A stretch of 64,000 nt of DNA from Salisapilia sapeloensis CBS 127946 (taxonomy: Eukaryota; Protista; Oomycota): assembly GCA_023334545.1 (NCBI GenBank), contig JAADVB010000049.1:1-64000 (forward strand). The letters are read 5' to 3'. Position 1 is the stretch's first letter. Every line of letters starts with the position of its first letter. Shown here piece after piece: positions 9,573 to 21,729 of this stretch. Made by a program: the position numbers and the translations under genes. The notes under the pieces are model-generated. The model made no database searches. It worked only from the letters and a program-made list of their open reading frames with translations, and was not told the DNA's origin.

Positions 9573-11939
9573 CTAAGTCGATGGTACTTCCTTCTGGGGA
9601 CTTGGCAAGAGCTCGATGTAGCATCCATGGGCGATATTGGTTGCGAGTGTTGCTGCTGAATGGGGAGAATTTGGAATTGAGCACTGGAGGAGTGCTTCCG
9701 AAAGCTCTGGACCCATCACCAATGCCCCAGCGACCTGGTGCGAATGGACACGATACGGAACGACAGGCTGACGATGGCGAGCGTAGATGGATACAGCGCT
9801 TGCTACGAGAATTAAAAAGATACTTGTGCATGCAGAGATGAGCACGGATTGCAATGGGATGTGTGCTCGAAGCGAAATCTCGACGGTGCTGCCGACAAAA
9901 TTTAACGTATCCGCTTGGCCATCCACCGACGTTGCTGTGTCCCGAAGTGCAGCGTTCTGAAAGAGGAAGAACATGGCTGCTGTATACGCTTCTTGGAAGC
10001 CGTATTCCATGATCCAATAGTTGCGTGTTATACGTTCTGCAACAGAATGTACTGTCTTGGAGCAAGGCCAACCTAGTGGAGGCCAGTCACTCGAACTTGA
10101 ACTTGCAAAGCTTTTGACGTTGCGCAGGAAGAGTAGATCTCCGTCGAGTGGTTGTGAGATAGTTGCAAGTGGAGTCCATTGCGTTGCACTTCCCTCGTAC
10201 ATGCCCAGCAGTTTCAATGGGAGATGATTATCTCCAACCACGAGCTGTTGAGAGCTATTCCCTTCCAACTGATAATTCAATCCATTGCAAGAAGTAGAGG
10301 TACATGCAGCATTAAATTGACGCGACAGGTCACGGACATCCCAGTGAAGCTTTCCGACTGTAATTGTCCAGTACTGACGTGCGTTCACTACGACTGCCTT
10401 CCTGGCGTACGGATGATCCTTTTCTGTCTCCAAGTAGAAATCATCGGCAACAATTCGCCTAGCAAAGCTGTAGACTAGCATCGACGTGTTTGACTGTTCT
10501 GTACATCCGCCTCCACGAAAGTAATCGGTGTCTAGCGTCGCGTTGGCACAAAGTGCCAAGGCATGAATCTGCGGTGGAGCTCCCCAGACTGTTCTTTGCC
10601 TGTTTTCATTCGTATCATTGCCAGGGTGCTTGATAAGACAAACGGAGTCACCGCTGCATTCACTAGTCACATCGATCTCATAAGTGGCATTTGCATCATT
10701 ACCCAATTCATTGTCGCTGATATCGTCTTCAATCAGTCGCCAAGTGTCTGTAATCCTAAGTTTCCGACGAAACATGTTCGGCTTAGATGGAAGTGTCAAC
10801 GTCGTTGCATCGAAAATGATGCCACTTGAGATCTCAGAATGACTCATGTTCATCTCCACTTGCGTAAGATCCACTGGTACATCGTCTTTCTGCCAGCTCA
10901 GTGTATCGTTAACCATCTTTGCGGCAGCTAATAGAAACTTATGTGTGTCAATCTCTCCTAACTCGACACTAGACTTTGCAACATCTAGAAAGCTATCGTA
11001 GGAACTATTCACTAGTCCGCTTAAAGGAGCAAAGGATAGCAACGTCTGTGACAGCAGCATCGAGTGCAAAAGCAGACTTGCTCCAGTCGACTGGGAAAAA
11101 GGCAAAGTATCCAGCGAACGTATTGACGTATCCGAACCCTTCTCGCCACTTAGAATGCTCATAAGATCAATGCTCAAAGTCTCAATTGGAGATCGACCGA
11201 ATGGCAACATCTTCCGTAGCCAGCTATTCGAATGAAACGAGTACGATGCGCCAACTTTTACCCATTCACCACCACCATCACAAGGATTCGGCTGATCTTT
11301 GACGAAAGTAGGCAGCATAGCTGTTCGAAGCATAGTTTCCGTGGTCGGTTGCTCTTGCAACGGATGTATATCCGTAGAAGATACCTTGGCTGCTAACAGG
11401 GCATCGATGGATAAAAGATCATTCTCGGCAATGGCTGGGAACACTTTCGGAGATTGCTCTTGCACGTTAATACTGTTAAAAGCATTTCCGAGCATCGTTG
11501 CCATGCCTGTCTGCAGTGCAAATAATAGCAACTTCCACCCTCTAGATGTCTGTATCGCAGCAATGTGGGAAGCAGCCAGTAGTTGCAATACGGGCATGAG
11601 CATAGACAGACACCATTGAGCTGGTTCCGATAGAACAGAAGCGATTGTACCAGAGTAAAAGTTGTAATCGTCCACGATCAGTTGCTTTTCCTGGTTAGGC
11701 AGAGAGCCATCAATCTTATGAATATTCACTCCAAAGCCAAAGACGATCAGAATAGCGATCAACGGGCCATAGACAACTAGCACAAACAAGACGAGGCGAT
11801 TTTTTCGAATATGCACTGCAACAGGCAGCTTCCGGTCACTGCTCGAGTAGTTATGGATAGGGTGACTAACGGAGCTACTTGAGGAAGACAGAGACGCGAT
11901 AGGGGAAAAGAAACCTCGCGGAGACGCCGATTCATCCAT
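9573..11939 (-). CDS. Oomycete-type hypothetical transmembrane protein
   Basis: Long intronless ORF with N-terminal hydrophobic segments, a large Cys-containing luminal region and a C-terminal TM helix. The start at 11939 (MDESASP) is a guess. Confidence 0.7.
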   Translation of the reverse strand: MDESASPRGFFSPIASLSSSSSSVSHPIHNYSSSDRKLPVAVHIRKNRLVLFVLVVYGPLIAILIVFGFGVNIHKIDGSLPNQEKQLIVDDYNFYSGTIASVLSEPAQWCLSMLMPVLQLLAASHIAAIQTSRGWKLLLFALQTGMATMLGNAFNSINVQEQSPKVFPAIAENDLLSIDALLAAKVSSTDIHPLQEQPTTETMLRTAMLPTFVKDQPNPCDGGGEWVKVGASYSFHSNSWLRKMLPFGRSPIETLSIDLMSILSGEKGSDTSIRSLDTLPFSQSTGASLLLHSMLLSQTLLSFAPLSGLVNSSYDSFLDVAKSSVELGEIDTHKFLLAAAKMVNDTLSWQKDDVPVDLTQVEMNMSHSEISSGIIFDATTLTLPSKPNMFRRKLRITDTWRLIEDDISDNELGNDANATYEIDVTSECSGDSVCLIKHPGNDTNENRQRTVWGAPPQIHALALCANATLDTDYFRGGGCTEQSNTSMLVYSFARRIVADDFYLETEKDHPYARKAVVVNARQYWTITVGKLHWDVRDLSRQFNAACTSTSCNGLNYQLEGNSSQQLVVGDNHLPLKLLGMYEGSATQWTPLATISQPLDGDLLFLRNVKSFASSSSSDWPPLGWPCSKTVHSVAERITRNYWIMEYGFQEAYTAAMFFLFQNAALRDTATSVDGQADTLNFVGSTVEISLRAHIPLQSVLISACTSIFLILVASAVSIYARHRQPVVPYRVHSHQVAGALVMGPELSEALLQCSIPNSPHSAATLATNIAHGCYIELLPSPQKEVPST

Positions 11940-12338
11940 GTCCGACCTCCTTTCGATTGTGTGTTCACTGCATTTTCTACTTTTCTTATCGAAAGACAGA
12001 CGTACGTTCGACTCTTCACTTGTCCATTCGTCATTTCCACCCTCACCGGACGCTATGGCACCGATCAGAGAGTAAATTGACCTCCATCCTGTATAGCTGC
12101 ATGTCACTTCGCTTGAACTGGCGGCTGGTTTCGAATAGAGCGAATTTCCTGATCGTTACAATTAGACGCTTATAGCAGCGTAGAAACGAGTCCTGCGTCA
12201 TCCAGCGTTTGATTCTAGGTACCAGGAGGTTGCGTTGCGTCAGACTTGGAGCGTGCAAGCATTATCGTCGGGAAGTACGTAATAGGAGAAGCCTCGTGAT
12301 CGTACTTGTAAATTTTTCAGCGAGTACAAGAGAGAGAG

Positions 12339-14618
12339 ATGAACGTGGAGCATGTAGAGGTGGAGCTGCTGTACGCGAAGCTAGTGGCACAAATTTGCTC
12401 TGCGTCACTCTCCGCTTTCTTTGGCATACAGCACATACGTAGTAAACTTGCGGAAAGGAGAGAACGATTGCAACGAGAGCGTGAAGAAGATATTCATACG
12501 ATTGCCATTCTAGCCGAACCTCGAGATGCGACTGCGAAGAGCTCATCGAGTCGGACATCAGCGATGCTACGCTCCGTCAGTGAAAGTCTCCGTGGTACAT
12601 TCAAAAGAAAGAAGACGTATCAGAGCGAGGCAAACTCACGTCGCTCAACTCGACCTGAAGAAATGAGAACTGACCAAGCTCCGCCATCTACACGCATCTT
12701 GAGAGCTCAGTGCGCAAGTGACTTTTTCTTCTCTCTCTTTGGCGGTCTTACCACCTCCATCCAAATCTTCGATGTTGAGGAATATTACGACTTCTGGGTC
12801 ATGGTCGTCGCCCAAGCGCCCCACTGGTGTGGTCAAGTGTCCTCCTTTTGCTGGATGATCGTCCTGGCCATCTACATTGCCAAGGAGGACCGTTCCAACT
12901 TTGACGTGACCATCGCCCACTGCATCATTTGGGTCGGCACCCTCCTCTACTATATACTGGAACTGTATACAGGTGCCTACCACGACCCGGACGCCACGCA
13001 TGCAGCTAAAATCATCTGGAAAGTGATTGCATCCTCTAGCTTCTTATCCGTCGTAGGCTGTTGGATCGTGTTTGCACACCGACGCAAGAAACAGCTTCGA
13101 GAGAACAAGGGCCCGAACAACGCCGGCATCTACGTCTTTGCCAAACTCCTGTCGTACACGCTAGCTTACTTTGCCTTTGTCAGTCCCAACATCATCGTCG
13201 ACTTGGCCAGTGGACTGCAAAGCACCGGAAACATCATGGGCGTAGCCTCTGTGCTACTCGCCATTTGGCCTACTGCCAACGCGTTAATTTACTTCACACG
13301 ACCGACCCCATGTCTAAGTTTATTCCGAAGCCCTGACGATCAGGGTCTCAACCATGGCGACAGTGATAATGCAGGTCGAAGGATACACGGGATGACTGAA
13401 ATGCAAGAGCTCAAGGGATTGAAAATTGAACGAAAGATCGGTCAGGGCATTGCTGTGGTGCACCTGGGAACATGGCGAGGTGCACAAGTTGCTGTAAAGA
13501 TGCAAAGTCTTATGCTAGACGAGAGTGAGATATTGTTGGAACTACAGGATGCAGCGAATCAGGAGATCCAGGCAGAAGCTGAAGTCATGAAAGAGCTCAA
13601 GCACCCGAACATTGTCTTGTTCATGGAAGCAGGATTCTATAACGGCTCGATCTGCATTGTCAGCGAGTACTGTGCTCGTGGCTCACTCCGAGACGTGTTG
13701 AAGGAGGCCGACGTTAGCGGTCTCCAGTGGTCGATTAAAGTACGATTGGCACTAGGTATTGCGCATGGCATGCAGTACCTTCACAATGCGAATCCGCCGA
13801 TGATTCATCGGGATTTGAAAAGCCCGAATGTCCTCGTGGACGACTCATGGCATGCCAAAATCGCAGACTTCGGGACATTACGTTTCGCAGAGATTGTGAA
13901 TAATCTACAGCGCATGAGCACTATGGATGGACCATCCGTGATGACAGGACTCGTCGGCACGACGCGCTGGATGGCACCGGAAGTTATTAAAGGAGAGAAA
14001 ATTTATTCAAGTAAAGTAGATATCTACAGCCTCGGGCTCATTCTATGGGAGCTCATCGAAGGCAAACTGCCGTTTGAGGACATTCAGTGGAATACGCAGA
14101 TTGAAGACCGAGTGCTCGCTGGTGAGCGGCCTGAGATTGGGATCAACTCGTGTCCGATGCGGTGGAGTGCACTCGTCAAGCTTTGCTGGAGTGCCAAGCC
14201 GGAAGATCGGCCTGAAATCCAGTCCATCATCAAGACACTTCATGCGATCAGTCATGAAGAACCACACGATGGACAATCGTCTCGATTGACGAACTTTAGC
14301 TTCTCCACAAATGCCAGCTTTAGCACCAGCAGTGCCTTCAATTCGTTCTCGCTATCGCCATCCAGCTTTGACATGTCAGCTTTCTCCGCGAGAGAGACGA
14401 CAGCAGGAGACTACGCGATGCTCGAGACACCTGGAGAGACCACTGTCGCTACACCTGTGAGTACAGAGAGTGGTAAGGAATTAGACTACCTCGCAAAACT
14501 GCCAAGCGCTCCAGCCAAAAATCTCCAATCAAGTGGCCGAGCGCATCGACTTTCGCGCATGGAAGAAGGGGACGAAGGGGGCTATGATTGGGAAGGACGT
14601 GCGATTACGTACGTATGA
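12339..14618 (+). CDS. GPCR-TKL: 7-TM receptor-like region fused to a tyrosine-kinase-like kinase
   Basis: Seven hydrophobic segments, then VAVK, HRDLKSPNVLV, DFG and GTTRWMAPE kinase motifs. Confidence 0.88.
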   Translation: MNVEHVEVELLYAKLVAQICSASLSAFFGIQHIRSKLAERRERLQREREEDIHTIAILAEPRDATAKSSSSRTSAMLRSVSESLRGTFKRKKTYQSEANSRRSTRPEEMRTDQAPPSTRILRAQCASDFFFSLFGGLTTSIQIFDVEEYYDFWVMVVAQAPHWCGQVSSFCWMIVLAIYIAKEDRSNFDVTIAHCIIWVGTLLYYILELYTGAYHDPDATHAAKIIWKVIASSSFLSVVGCWIVFAHRRKKQLRENKGPNNAGIYVFAKLLSYTLAYFAFVSPNIIVDLASGLQSTGNIMGVASVLLAIWPTANALIYFTRPTPCLSLFRSPDDQGLNHGDSDNAGRRIHGMTEMQELKGLKIERKIGQGIAVVHLGTWRGAQVAVKMQSLMLDESEILLELQDAANQEIQAEAEVMKELKHPNIVLFMEAGFYNGSICIVSEYCARGSLRDVLKEADVSGLQWSIKVRLALGIAHGMQYLHNANPPMIHRDLKSPNVLVDDSWHAKIADFGTLRFAEIVNNLQRMSTMDGPSVMTGLVGTTRWMAPEVIKGEKIYSSKVDIYSLGLILWELIEGKLPFEDIQWNTQIEDRVLAGERPEIGINSCPMRWSALVKLCWSAKPEDRPEIQSIIKTLHAISHEEPHDGQSSRLTNFSFSTNASFSTSSAFNSFSLSPSSFDMSAFSARETTAGDYAMLETPGETTVATPVSTESGKELDYLAKLPSAPAKNLQSSGRAHRLSRMEEGDEGGYDWEGRAITYV

Positions 14619-14743
14619 GCAAGTATGTGTTTGTTATGGTATATTTAAGCGTTCATCCAGTGCTGGATTGGGTGAACAAGGGACAGGATGTCGATACGTA
14701 GGTGATATAATAATCACTTTGAACCATAAACTCTTGGGATTGC

Positions 14744-16233
14744 TTACTTTTTCTTCCCCTTCTTCTTTCCTCCCTTTTTCTTCTTGCCTTCAGCCTTTGG
14801 GGCTCGATTCAATTGACTAAAGACGTCAGGAGGCAAAGATGAATCAACAAGGAAGTATTGCAGCCGTGATAGCTCCTATGGATGCATAAGATGATTCTAG
14901 TGGATTTTTGAGTATCAAATATTTCCGTAGCTCTATACCTGGACAACTGGGATGAGTATCTCTGCTCCATCCATTCCGATGCTGTTGTAAGTAAGGTCGA
15001 CAGTCGTCAAGCTCACACACTTTTCCAATGCTTCGGCAAACGCCTGAATAGCTTTTCTGTCCTATGATAGAGACAACAGGATTCATAAGTGAAGAAAGTA
15101 TCTAGCCGAAAGATACTGTATACGTTTCGAATGCTGTTGTCAGCCAAGTTTAGTGTGATGAGCCCCTTGCATCGAACTAGGCCTGATGAAAGTGTATAAA
15201 GACCTTCGTTGCCAATGCAATTTCCTTGCAGCGATAGCGTTTGCAAAGCGCTTTGAGGCATGATGAGCAGCTGGGCCAATTTCAAGCTGCCACCCTCACT
15301 TATTCTACAGTAATCTAGCCGCAAGTGCTACGGATACCCTGTCAGCCTTTGCTTCCATACGGATTGAGCAACAGAATAAGAAGACTACCTTGAGCGCACT
15401 GTTGGAGAAGAGGCCATCACACAGCTCAGCTACGCCTTCGTCTTGAATTAATCGATTGTAGTTCAAGTTAAGCGTCAAAAGTCCGGGCTGCTTCTGTGTC
15501 TTCAAGACGGATCCAAGGGCTTTGCAGCTACCAAAGAGCGTATCAATGATGTAAGGTTGGAGAGCATTCGAATGGAAACTTGGATATAATTATACCCTTC
15601 GGAACCAATGTCACAGTCAAGTAGCTCCAAGAAAGCTACGTTCGGTGTACCGTTCTTTAATAGTGTTGCCTAGTAAGAATCGAGGCAGCTAGTGTCAGCG
15701 TACAAGTGTCTATGGAACAAGAAACACAATGCGGACGGACAATAGCGATGGCTCCTTCGTTCCCGACATGCTGCTTCCAGATTCGTATCGACCGAAGAAA
15801 CGTATATGGTCCTGTGTTAAATTAGATAGGATCATTGCATGAATGGACAGCACAAGGAAATTCTACCTGTGACAAGTGCCATCGTCAAGGCGTGAACATT
15901 GGAAGGCCCAAGTGCCACTTCCTCGCCTTCAACAACGAGCTAATAGAAACGTAAAATCAGTACCATCGCAATCTCTGTCCTCATTGAACTCAATATGATA
16001 CACTAATAAGCTCTCCTTCGTCTCCTGAACCTCGGATCATATCGTTGATCACCGGGTGGACATTCACACCAATGGCTCTATTACCACATCTCTCAATACC
16101 TATCGAAACTACCCAACCACAAAATCACATACTTGCATGCTTTCGTATAATGCAAATGCAACATCGCTCTTGTGACAAGATTTTCATCGGCAGCACCAGA
16201 CTTGCTCGTCTTGGCAGCTTCCTTCTTGCTCAT
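14744..16233 (-). CDS. RI-like leucine-rich repeat protein, multi-exon, lysine-rich tail
   Basis: Repeats LTLNLNYNRLIQDEGVAEL, LQTLSLQGNCIGNEG and LITLNLADNSI. It ends KAEGKKKKGGKKKGKKK*. First exon MSKKEAAK... ends at a GTATGT donor. Internal exon boundaries are only partly resolved. Confidence 0.75.
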
Positions 16234-16368
16234 TTTGTACGACCCTTCACAGTCGCATGTCAAGTGGACGAATGTTGCTTGAAGCAGGACCTTGAAGTTG
16301 AGCAAGGTCGACGGAATCTCCTTAATGTTCCATCAGCTCCGACGTGTCTACTCGACTCTTCTCGGACC

Positions 16369-19300
16369 ATGTCTGGAAGCACGGACCGTAATGCCAATTC
16401 TGAGGGCTGGTCACCAAGGATACCTGTCATCATCGCATCCCATCGTCTTCCAGTACGACTGCGAAATGGAAAAGTCGAATGGGCTGGTGACCGCGTAATC
16501 GAAGCACAGAACGCTTTCTCGCACTATGAGATCTCGGACAGAGCTAGTGTGAAGTTTGTTGGTCGACTGCCGTATGATCATGGTGAGAGCCTCACGCCAG
16601 AGCAGCGCGTGGACGTAGAGAAGCAGCTGAATCAGTTAAATTGCTACTCGGTGGACGTGGACCCGCATGAAGCCAAGCTCTTTTACGAAGACTATTGCAA
16701 GCAAACTCTCTGGCCAACGTTCCACAACATCGTGGATGTCTACAGCCCGATTGACGTGGTCATGACGGCAGAATCAAATGCAAACTCAAGTCAAGATGGA
16801 TCCACAGCTACTTCGCCCAAGTGGAATCCAAATTTACAAAAGACGGCATGGCACGCATACACAAATGTCAACCAGATCTTCGCAAACGTACACATCCGTT
16901 ATAATTCATATTCATGACACTTTGACAGATGAACATGCTAGAAAATATGTGAGCTGTACGAGCCTGGAGACGTCGTGTGGGTTCAAGACTACCATCTTCT
17001 GCTCACCCCAACGTACATCATCCGCCGTATCCGAGGTGCGAATGTCGGTCTCTACCTCCACGTCCCATTCCCATCATCCGAAGTCTTTCGTACACTCTCA
17101 TCTCGCAAAGAGCTCTTGCGTGGCATGCTCAATGCCGACCATGTTGGCTTTCACTTCTTTGAGTAAGCTCCTAGTTATTTGGATCGTTGAGGGCACAAGA
17201 CATGATTGTTTTTACGTCAGGTATGCTCGTCACTTTATGTCGGCATGTAAACGGATCCTGGGTGTCCAGACGCACCCGATCCTTCGAGGACAGCTCGGCG
17301 TAGACTACGGAGGTCGTCGTGTGGCCATCACGTGCAGTCACATGGCTGTAGATATCGAACGGATCGGAAGCATCATGATGCAGGAAACTGTGCGAGACCA
17401 AGTAGTCGCTCTACGACAAAAGTATCAGGGGAGAATGATCGTCGCAGGCGTTGATACCATCGAACGTCTTTCTGGCATCCCAGCCAAGATACTCGGATTC
17501 GACATTGTACGTACCCTTTGTCCTGTTCTCATTTACGTCGTTTTACTCAGCCATTCGGTAGTTCTTGGCCTGCTGTCCAGAGTTTATCGGACGCATCGTG
17601 CTAGTTCAAAAGGGAGTGCACCGTCGTGGACGCATGACAGACTACCGTCAGAGCAAAAAGGAGATAGACGCGCTTATTCAGTACATCAATGACAAGTACC
17701 GTGATCAGGCTAATGGAGACGTCGTCGAGTACGAGGAGCTTCAGGAGTTTTCATTCAAAGAACGTCTTGCGCTCTGGCGTGTTGCAGACATCCAGATCTC
17801 GACCGTCATACGAGACGGGCTAAACACATCACCATTCGAGTACATTGCGACGCACAAGTACGCTTTCCATCTTTGATCTATCCACTTCCATATTCCAATC
17901 CTTGTCGACTGTAGAACGGCACCTGGCGTCATCATCTTGAGCGAGTTCTCTGGCAGTAGCCTTCTTCTAAGTGGTGCGTTAACAGTAAACCCTTGGGAGC
18001 CAGAGCAAGTCGCAGATGCTCTGCGTAACGCAGTATACATGAGTCCAGAGGATCGAGCGCATCGTCGAGATGGAGACTTGCACTTTGTCGCATCGAATCC
18101 GCCTCGACGATGGGCAAAGTGTGTTCTAAGCGATATACTTGACGCAAAGAAGAAGGACGAGGATTATGTCTACATGGGTACTGGCTTTGGTCTCGACTTT
18201 CGTGTCGTCGAAGTCAGCGCAAGCTTCCGAGTACATTCTTACATCAATAACCAGACAAATTGTCCGTACTGATGCATTGTAGAAACTAACATCAGAAGAG
18301 CTTGTTCCGGCATACCAGACAAGTACGAAGAGAGCGTTCTTCTTTGACTATTATCGTACGCTTGCTCCAGACGTCAGCCACGTCGTACGCGTTCGGTGGC
18401 CAGATGTGCCTCGAAACACACTTGCGACGCTAGAACACTTGTGCAAGGACCCAAGAAATTCGGTGTACATTGTCAGCGGCTGCGAGTGTGAGCTACTGAC
18501 GGAAAAGTTCGGTGGCGTACCAGGCCTCGGTCTCATCGCAGAACATGGGTACTTTATCCGTCGACCTCTTCTCGGCGATGAAGCTCGTATCGGCGGACGG
18601 TAAGCTCTTTTCACATATGCATCGGAAGACATGGCAGAGTAATACTGTTGGTGCGTATGGGTAGACCTTGGGAACAGATCGTGGACAGCATCCAGTCCCA
18701 AACGGCTGGTGCATCTGAACGCTGGCGACGGAAAGCAAAGGAGGTAATGCAACTATACGTCGATCGAACGAATGGAGCGGTGCTGGAGATGCGCCGCAGC
18801 GCCATTCTTTTCCGGTACGGCAAGTCGGACGATGAGTTTGGACAGCTCCAAGCAGCGGAGCTCAAGCAGCATTTGGAAGAAACGTTTGCGGTACTCTTTA
18901 CGCTAGTGTCCTGGTTAGACATTTTATTGAAGATGACGTGGTAGGGATGGCCGTTGAATGTCGTGCAAGGAAAAGATTACGTAGAGCTACGTCCAGACCG
19001 GATTGGAAAAGGAAAGGTGATTGGGAACATTCTACAGAGTGATGCCAATACAGAATTTGTCTTGTGCATTGGTGATGACATTGCAGACGAGCTCATGTTT
19101 GAAAAGTTGGATGAACTTGTCGAGAAAGGAGAGCTATCGCCAGGTATAGATACTCCTTCAACGCCAGTGCTAGAATCTTTTCGTCTTGTCTTACCTATGC
19201 AACTTGTATCCCTTCTACAGGCAAAGTGTTTTCCTGCACGGTCGGGCAGAAACCATCCAAAGCAGACTACTTTGTCGATGACCACACGGACGTAGCTGCA

Positions 19301-19917
19301 TTACTCAAGTCACTCACCGTCGTTTCCACAAAGGTATCTCTAGCTAGTATATATACGTACGACCATCTCTTCCTGACCTTTTTCTAAATGCTCAAGTCCA
19401 ATCGAAACTACTCATTGTCGGACATGCAGGCGTTTGTAAAAGATACGAGACCACTGCTCGGGTCTTCTTTGCATGCGACGAACATACGAGGGTCTGCACC
19501 ATCCCTTTCCAAAATGACTATGCGTCGGACGTCGAGTCGTCGGCGTGTTCGAGGAGACTTGTATGTTGTATATACAGTCAGCATATACCTTGGATTTCCA
19601 ATACGATTGATGTGGTAACTCTGCTTTTTCGTAGAATGACAGTCTTGGAAGAAGATCAATCGTTTCATAACTTGGATGGCGGAGAGAGCAGAACTTCGTC
19701 TCCGTCAAAACGTACAAAGCAGCGATATCCGTGGGTCGGATGGCTGCAGTCTATAGGAGAACTATTCCTTGCCATCGCACTTATAAGATGGCGCAGCAAG
19801 CTTCAGCATCCTCGTGATAAGAAACTATTATCATATTTTATGGCGTGGCTTGCATCTCTATGGCTATTGCGACGACTTCGTCGGCCGCGAGACGACACGA
19901 ATGCTCGTAAGAAATAA
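16369..19917 (+). CDS. Trehalose-6-phosphate synthase/phosphatase-like protein (GT20 + HAD), multi-exon
   Basis: Motifs SHRLP, LWPTFH, WVQDYHL, LHVPFPSSEVFR, ILSEFSG, VNPW, then HAD-like FFDYYRTL and GDDIADELMF. About 10 short introns. Confidence 0.92.
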
Positions 19918-20034
19918 TCAAAGTAGGAAACAAGGTGGGATTGTGGCTTTGAATAAGCTAAAGTAATTCAAATCAAGTTTAATCTGGGTATTCCAAAGAT
20001 ATCTGCTTACGTAGTTGACTCCATTCTCTTTCTT

Positions 20035-21729
20035 TTAAACAGATATACCGTTCTCTGTGCACCACTTCCTTATGACGCGTACAATGTACTCTACCTGTGG
20101 ATTATTATTCGTCTTGAGCATATTCAGAACCTCTTCCAACTCAGCACGAGATGACTTGCCAGCAACCACACGCTGGAAGACACCAACGCTTGCACCTCGC
20201 TTTCCTTCCCAATACTCTGGATCTGGATCTAATCGCTCCAGCACGTCAAAGGCTTTTGCAGCGTACAAGAACTCGCCCATCTTGTAGCAGTCGTGAGCGA
20301 TCAACTGGAGCAAGTTAAACGAATCATCCGAGTTGTCCAGCTTTAAGTAGAGATCCCAAGCCGATGATGGATTGTGATTGAGGATGTAGCAGCGGCAGAG
20401 CCAGCTCACATAGCAATAGTCATTTCGATATTGCTCTCGTTGGACCCGAAGAAGAGTTTCTAGAGCTTCCGCGACGGAACCAGTTTGACACAGCGAGATG
20501 CCAAAGTTCCAGTTAAAGTCGTCTTCGTTGTACAAGTACTGCTTTATCGAATTTAAGTAAATGTTCACGTCCTCGAATTGCCGCAGTAAGTAAAAGCAAG
20601 AGGCCATACACTGTCGACCAGGAATGGTATCACACTCAGTCGGCGACGAACCGACTAATTGGAAGTATTGCTGTGCAGTCTTAATATGCTGGCGAGAGCA
20701 AGTTTCCTGACCGAGTGTTGCATGCACAACGCCTTTTAAAATATACTCTTGAGGTGTCGAAGGCTCTAAGTCTTTGATAAGATCGTACGCTTCCTGCAGC
20801 TTTCCTTGTTTCAAATAGTAAATCACAAGATTGAGACGAGCTTCTGGAAGTGCGTCCACCAAAGGAGGCAATACTCGAAGAGCATTCGCACCATCTTCAA
20901 AGACCACAAGGTTGTGACTGACAAGATCGTTGTTCTCAAGGTTGAATCCTTTCTCAGATAGTGTGCGGAACTCATCTTTTGCTGCCGCACCATTGTATAG
21001 CTTAAACTGGTTACAAGCCTTTACGTTGACAGCGACGACGCTGTCTGGGAATGCTTGCAAGTACGCTTGCATGATTTCCAACGAGACATCGTAGTAGTCA
21101 AGCTTGTAGTAGCACATGGCAACATACACATTCAAAGCCAAGTCATCGCGATGCTCTAGAAGCAATCGCTTATAAATGTCCGTTGCTTCCTGGAAATGGT
21201 GACGAAGGAAGTGCACGGCAGCGAGGGATAGTTGATCTTCTTTGCTGTCGGTTAGTTGCTGATGGTAGACTAGTAACTTGTCCTCGTCACCAAGCTTTTG
21301 AGCACAATGAAACATGAGACGAGTTTGGAGTGCGCCACTCGGACCCTGTGCTGCTGCTTGCATTGCGTCTTTGTAAAGTTGCAGGTAAAACAGGCAGCAC
21401 CCACGATACAAATGCACTTCAGGACAGACATCATCAACGTCTCGAATGCGTGTGTAAGTGTCAATCGCTCGTTGATACTGGCCGAGATGAAAATACGTGT
21501 ACGCGAGCCATAGTAGTGTTTGCCGTCGACTCTGCCCACTCTCTGGAGTCGACGCAGGATTACTTTCCAGGTTTTGAAGCTCAAATTCCAAGATAGCTGC
21601 GGCTCCCGTAAAGTCACGCTTGGCAGCACATTCCTGGTAGGTTGGACCTTTCTTTGTTTTAAAGTTCCCGCCAGTTCCAGCAGCTTGTGCCTTTGTGCGC
21701 TGAGTCTGCTTTGGTTTTGCTACGTACAT
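20035..21729 (-). CDS. IFT56: Intraflagellar transport protein 56 (TTC26/DYF-13)
   Basis: TPR protein with the family segments QLSLAAVHFLR.HFQEA.DIYKRLL, YYKLDYYDVS and ECDTIPGRQCMAS. Confidence 0.95.
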   Translation of the reverse strand: MYVAKPKQTQRTKAQAAGTGGNFKTKKGPTYQECAAKRDFTGAAAILEFELQNLESNPASTPESGQSRRQTLLWLAYTYFHLGQYQRAIDTYTRIRDVDDVCPEVHLYRGCCLFYLQLYKDAMQAAAQGPSGALQTRLMFHCAQKLGDEDKLLVYHQQLTDSKEDQLSLAAVHFLRHHFQEATDIYKRLLLEHRDDLALNVYVAMCYYKLDYYDVSLEIMQAYLQAFPDSVVAVNVKACNQFKLYNGAAAKDEFRTLSEKGFNLENNDLVSHNLVVFEDGANALRVLPPLVDALPEARLNLVIYYLKQGKLQEAYDLIKDLEPSTPQEYILKGVVHATLGQETCSRQHIKTAQQYFQLVGSSPTECDTIPGRQCMASCFYLLRQFEDVNIYLNSIKQYLYNEDDFNWNFGISLCQTGSVAEALETLLRVQREQYRNDYCYVSWLCRCYILNHNPSSAWDLYLKLDNSDDSFNLLQLIAHDCYKMGEFLYAAKAFDVLERLDPDPEYWEGKRGASVGVFQRVVAGKSSRAELEEVLNMLKTNNNPQVEYIVRVIRKWCTENGISV

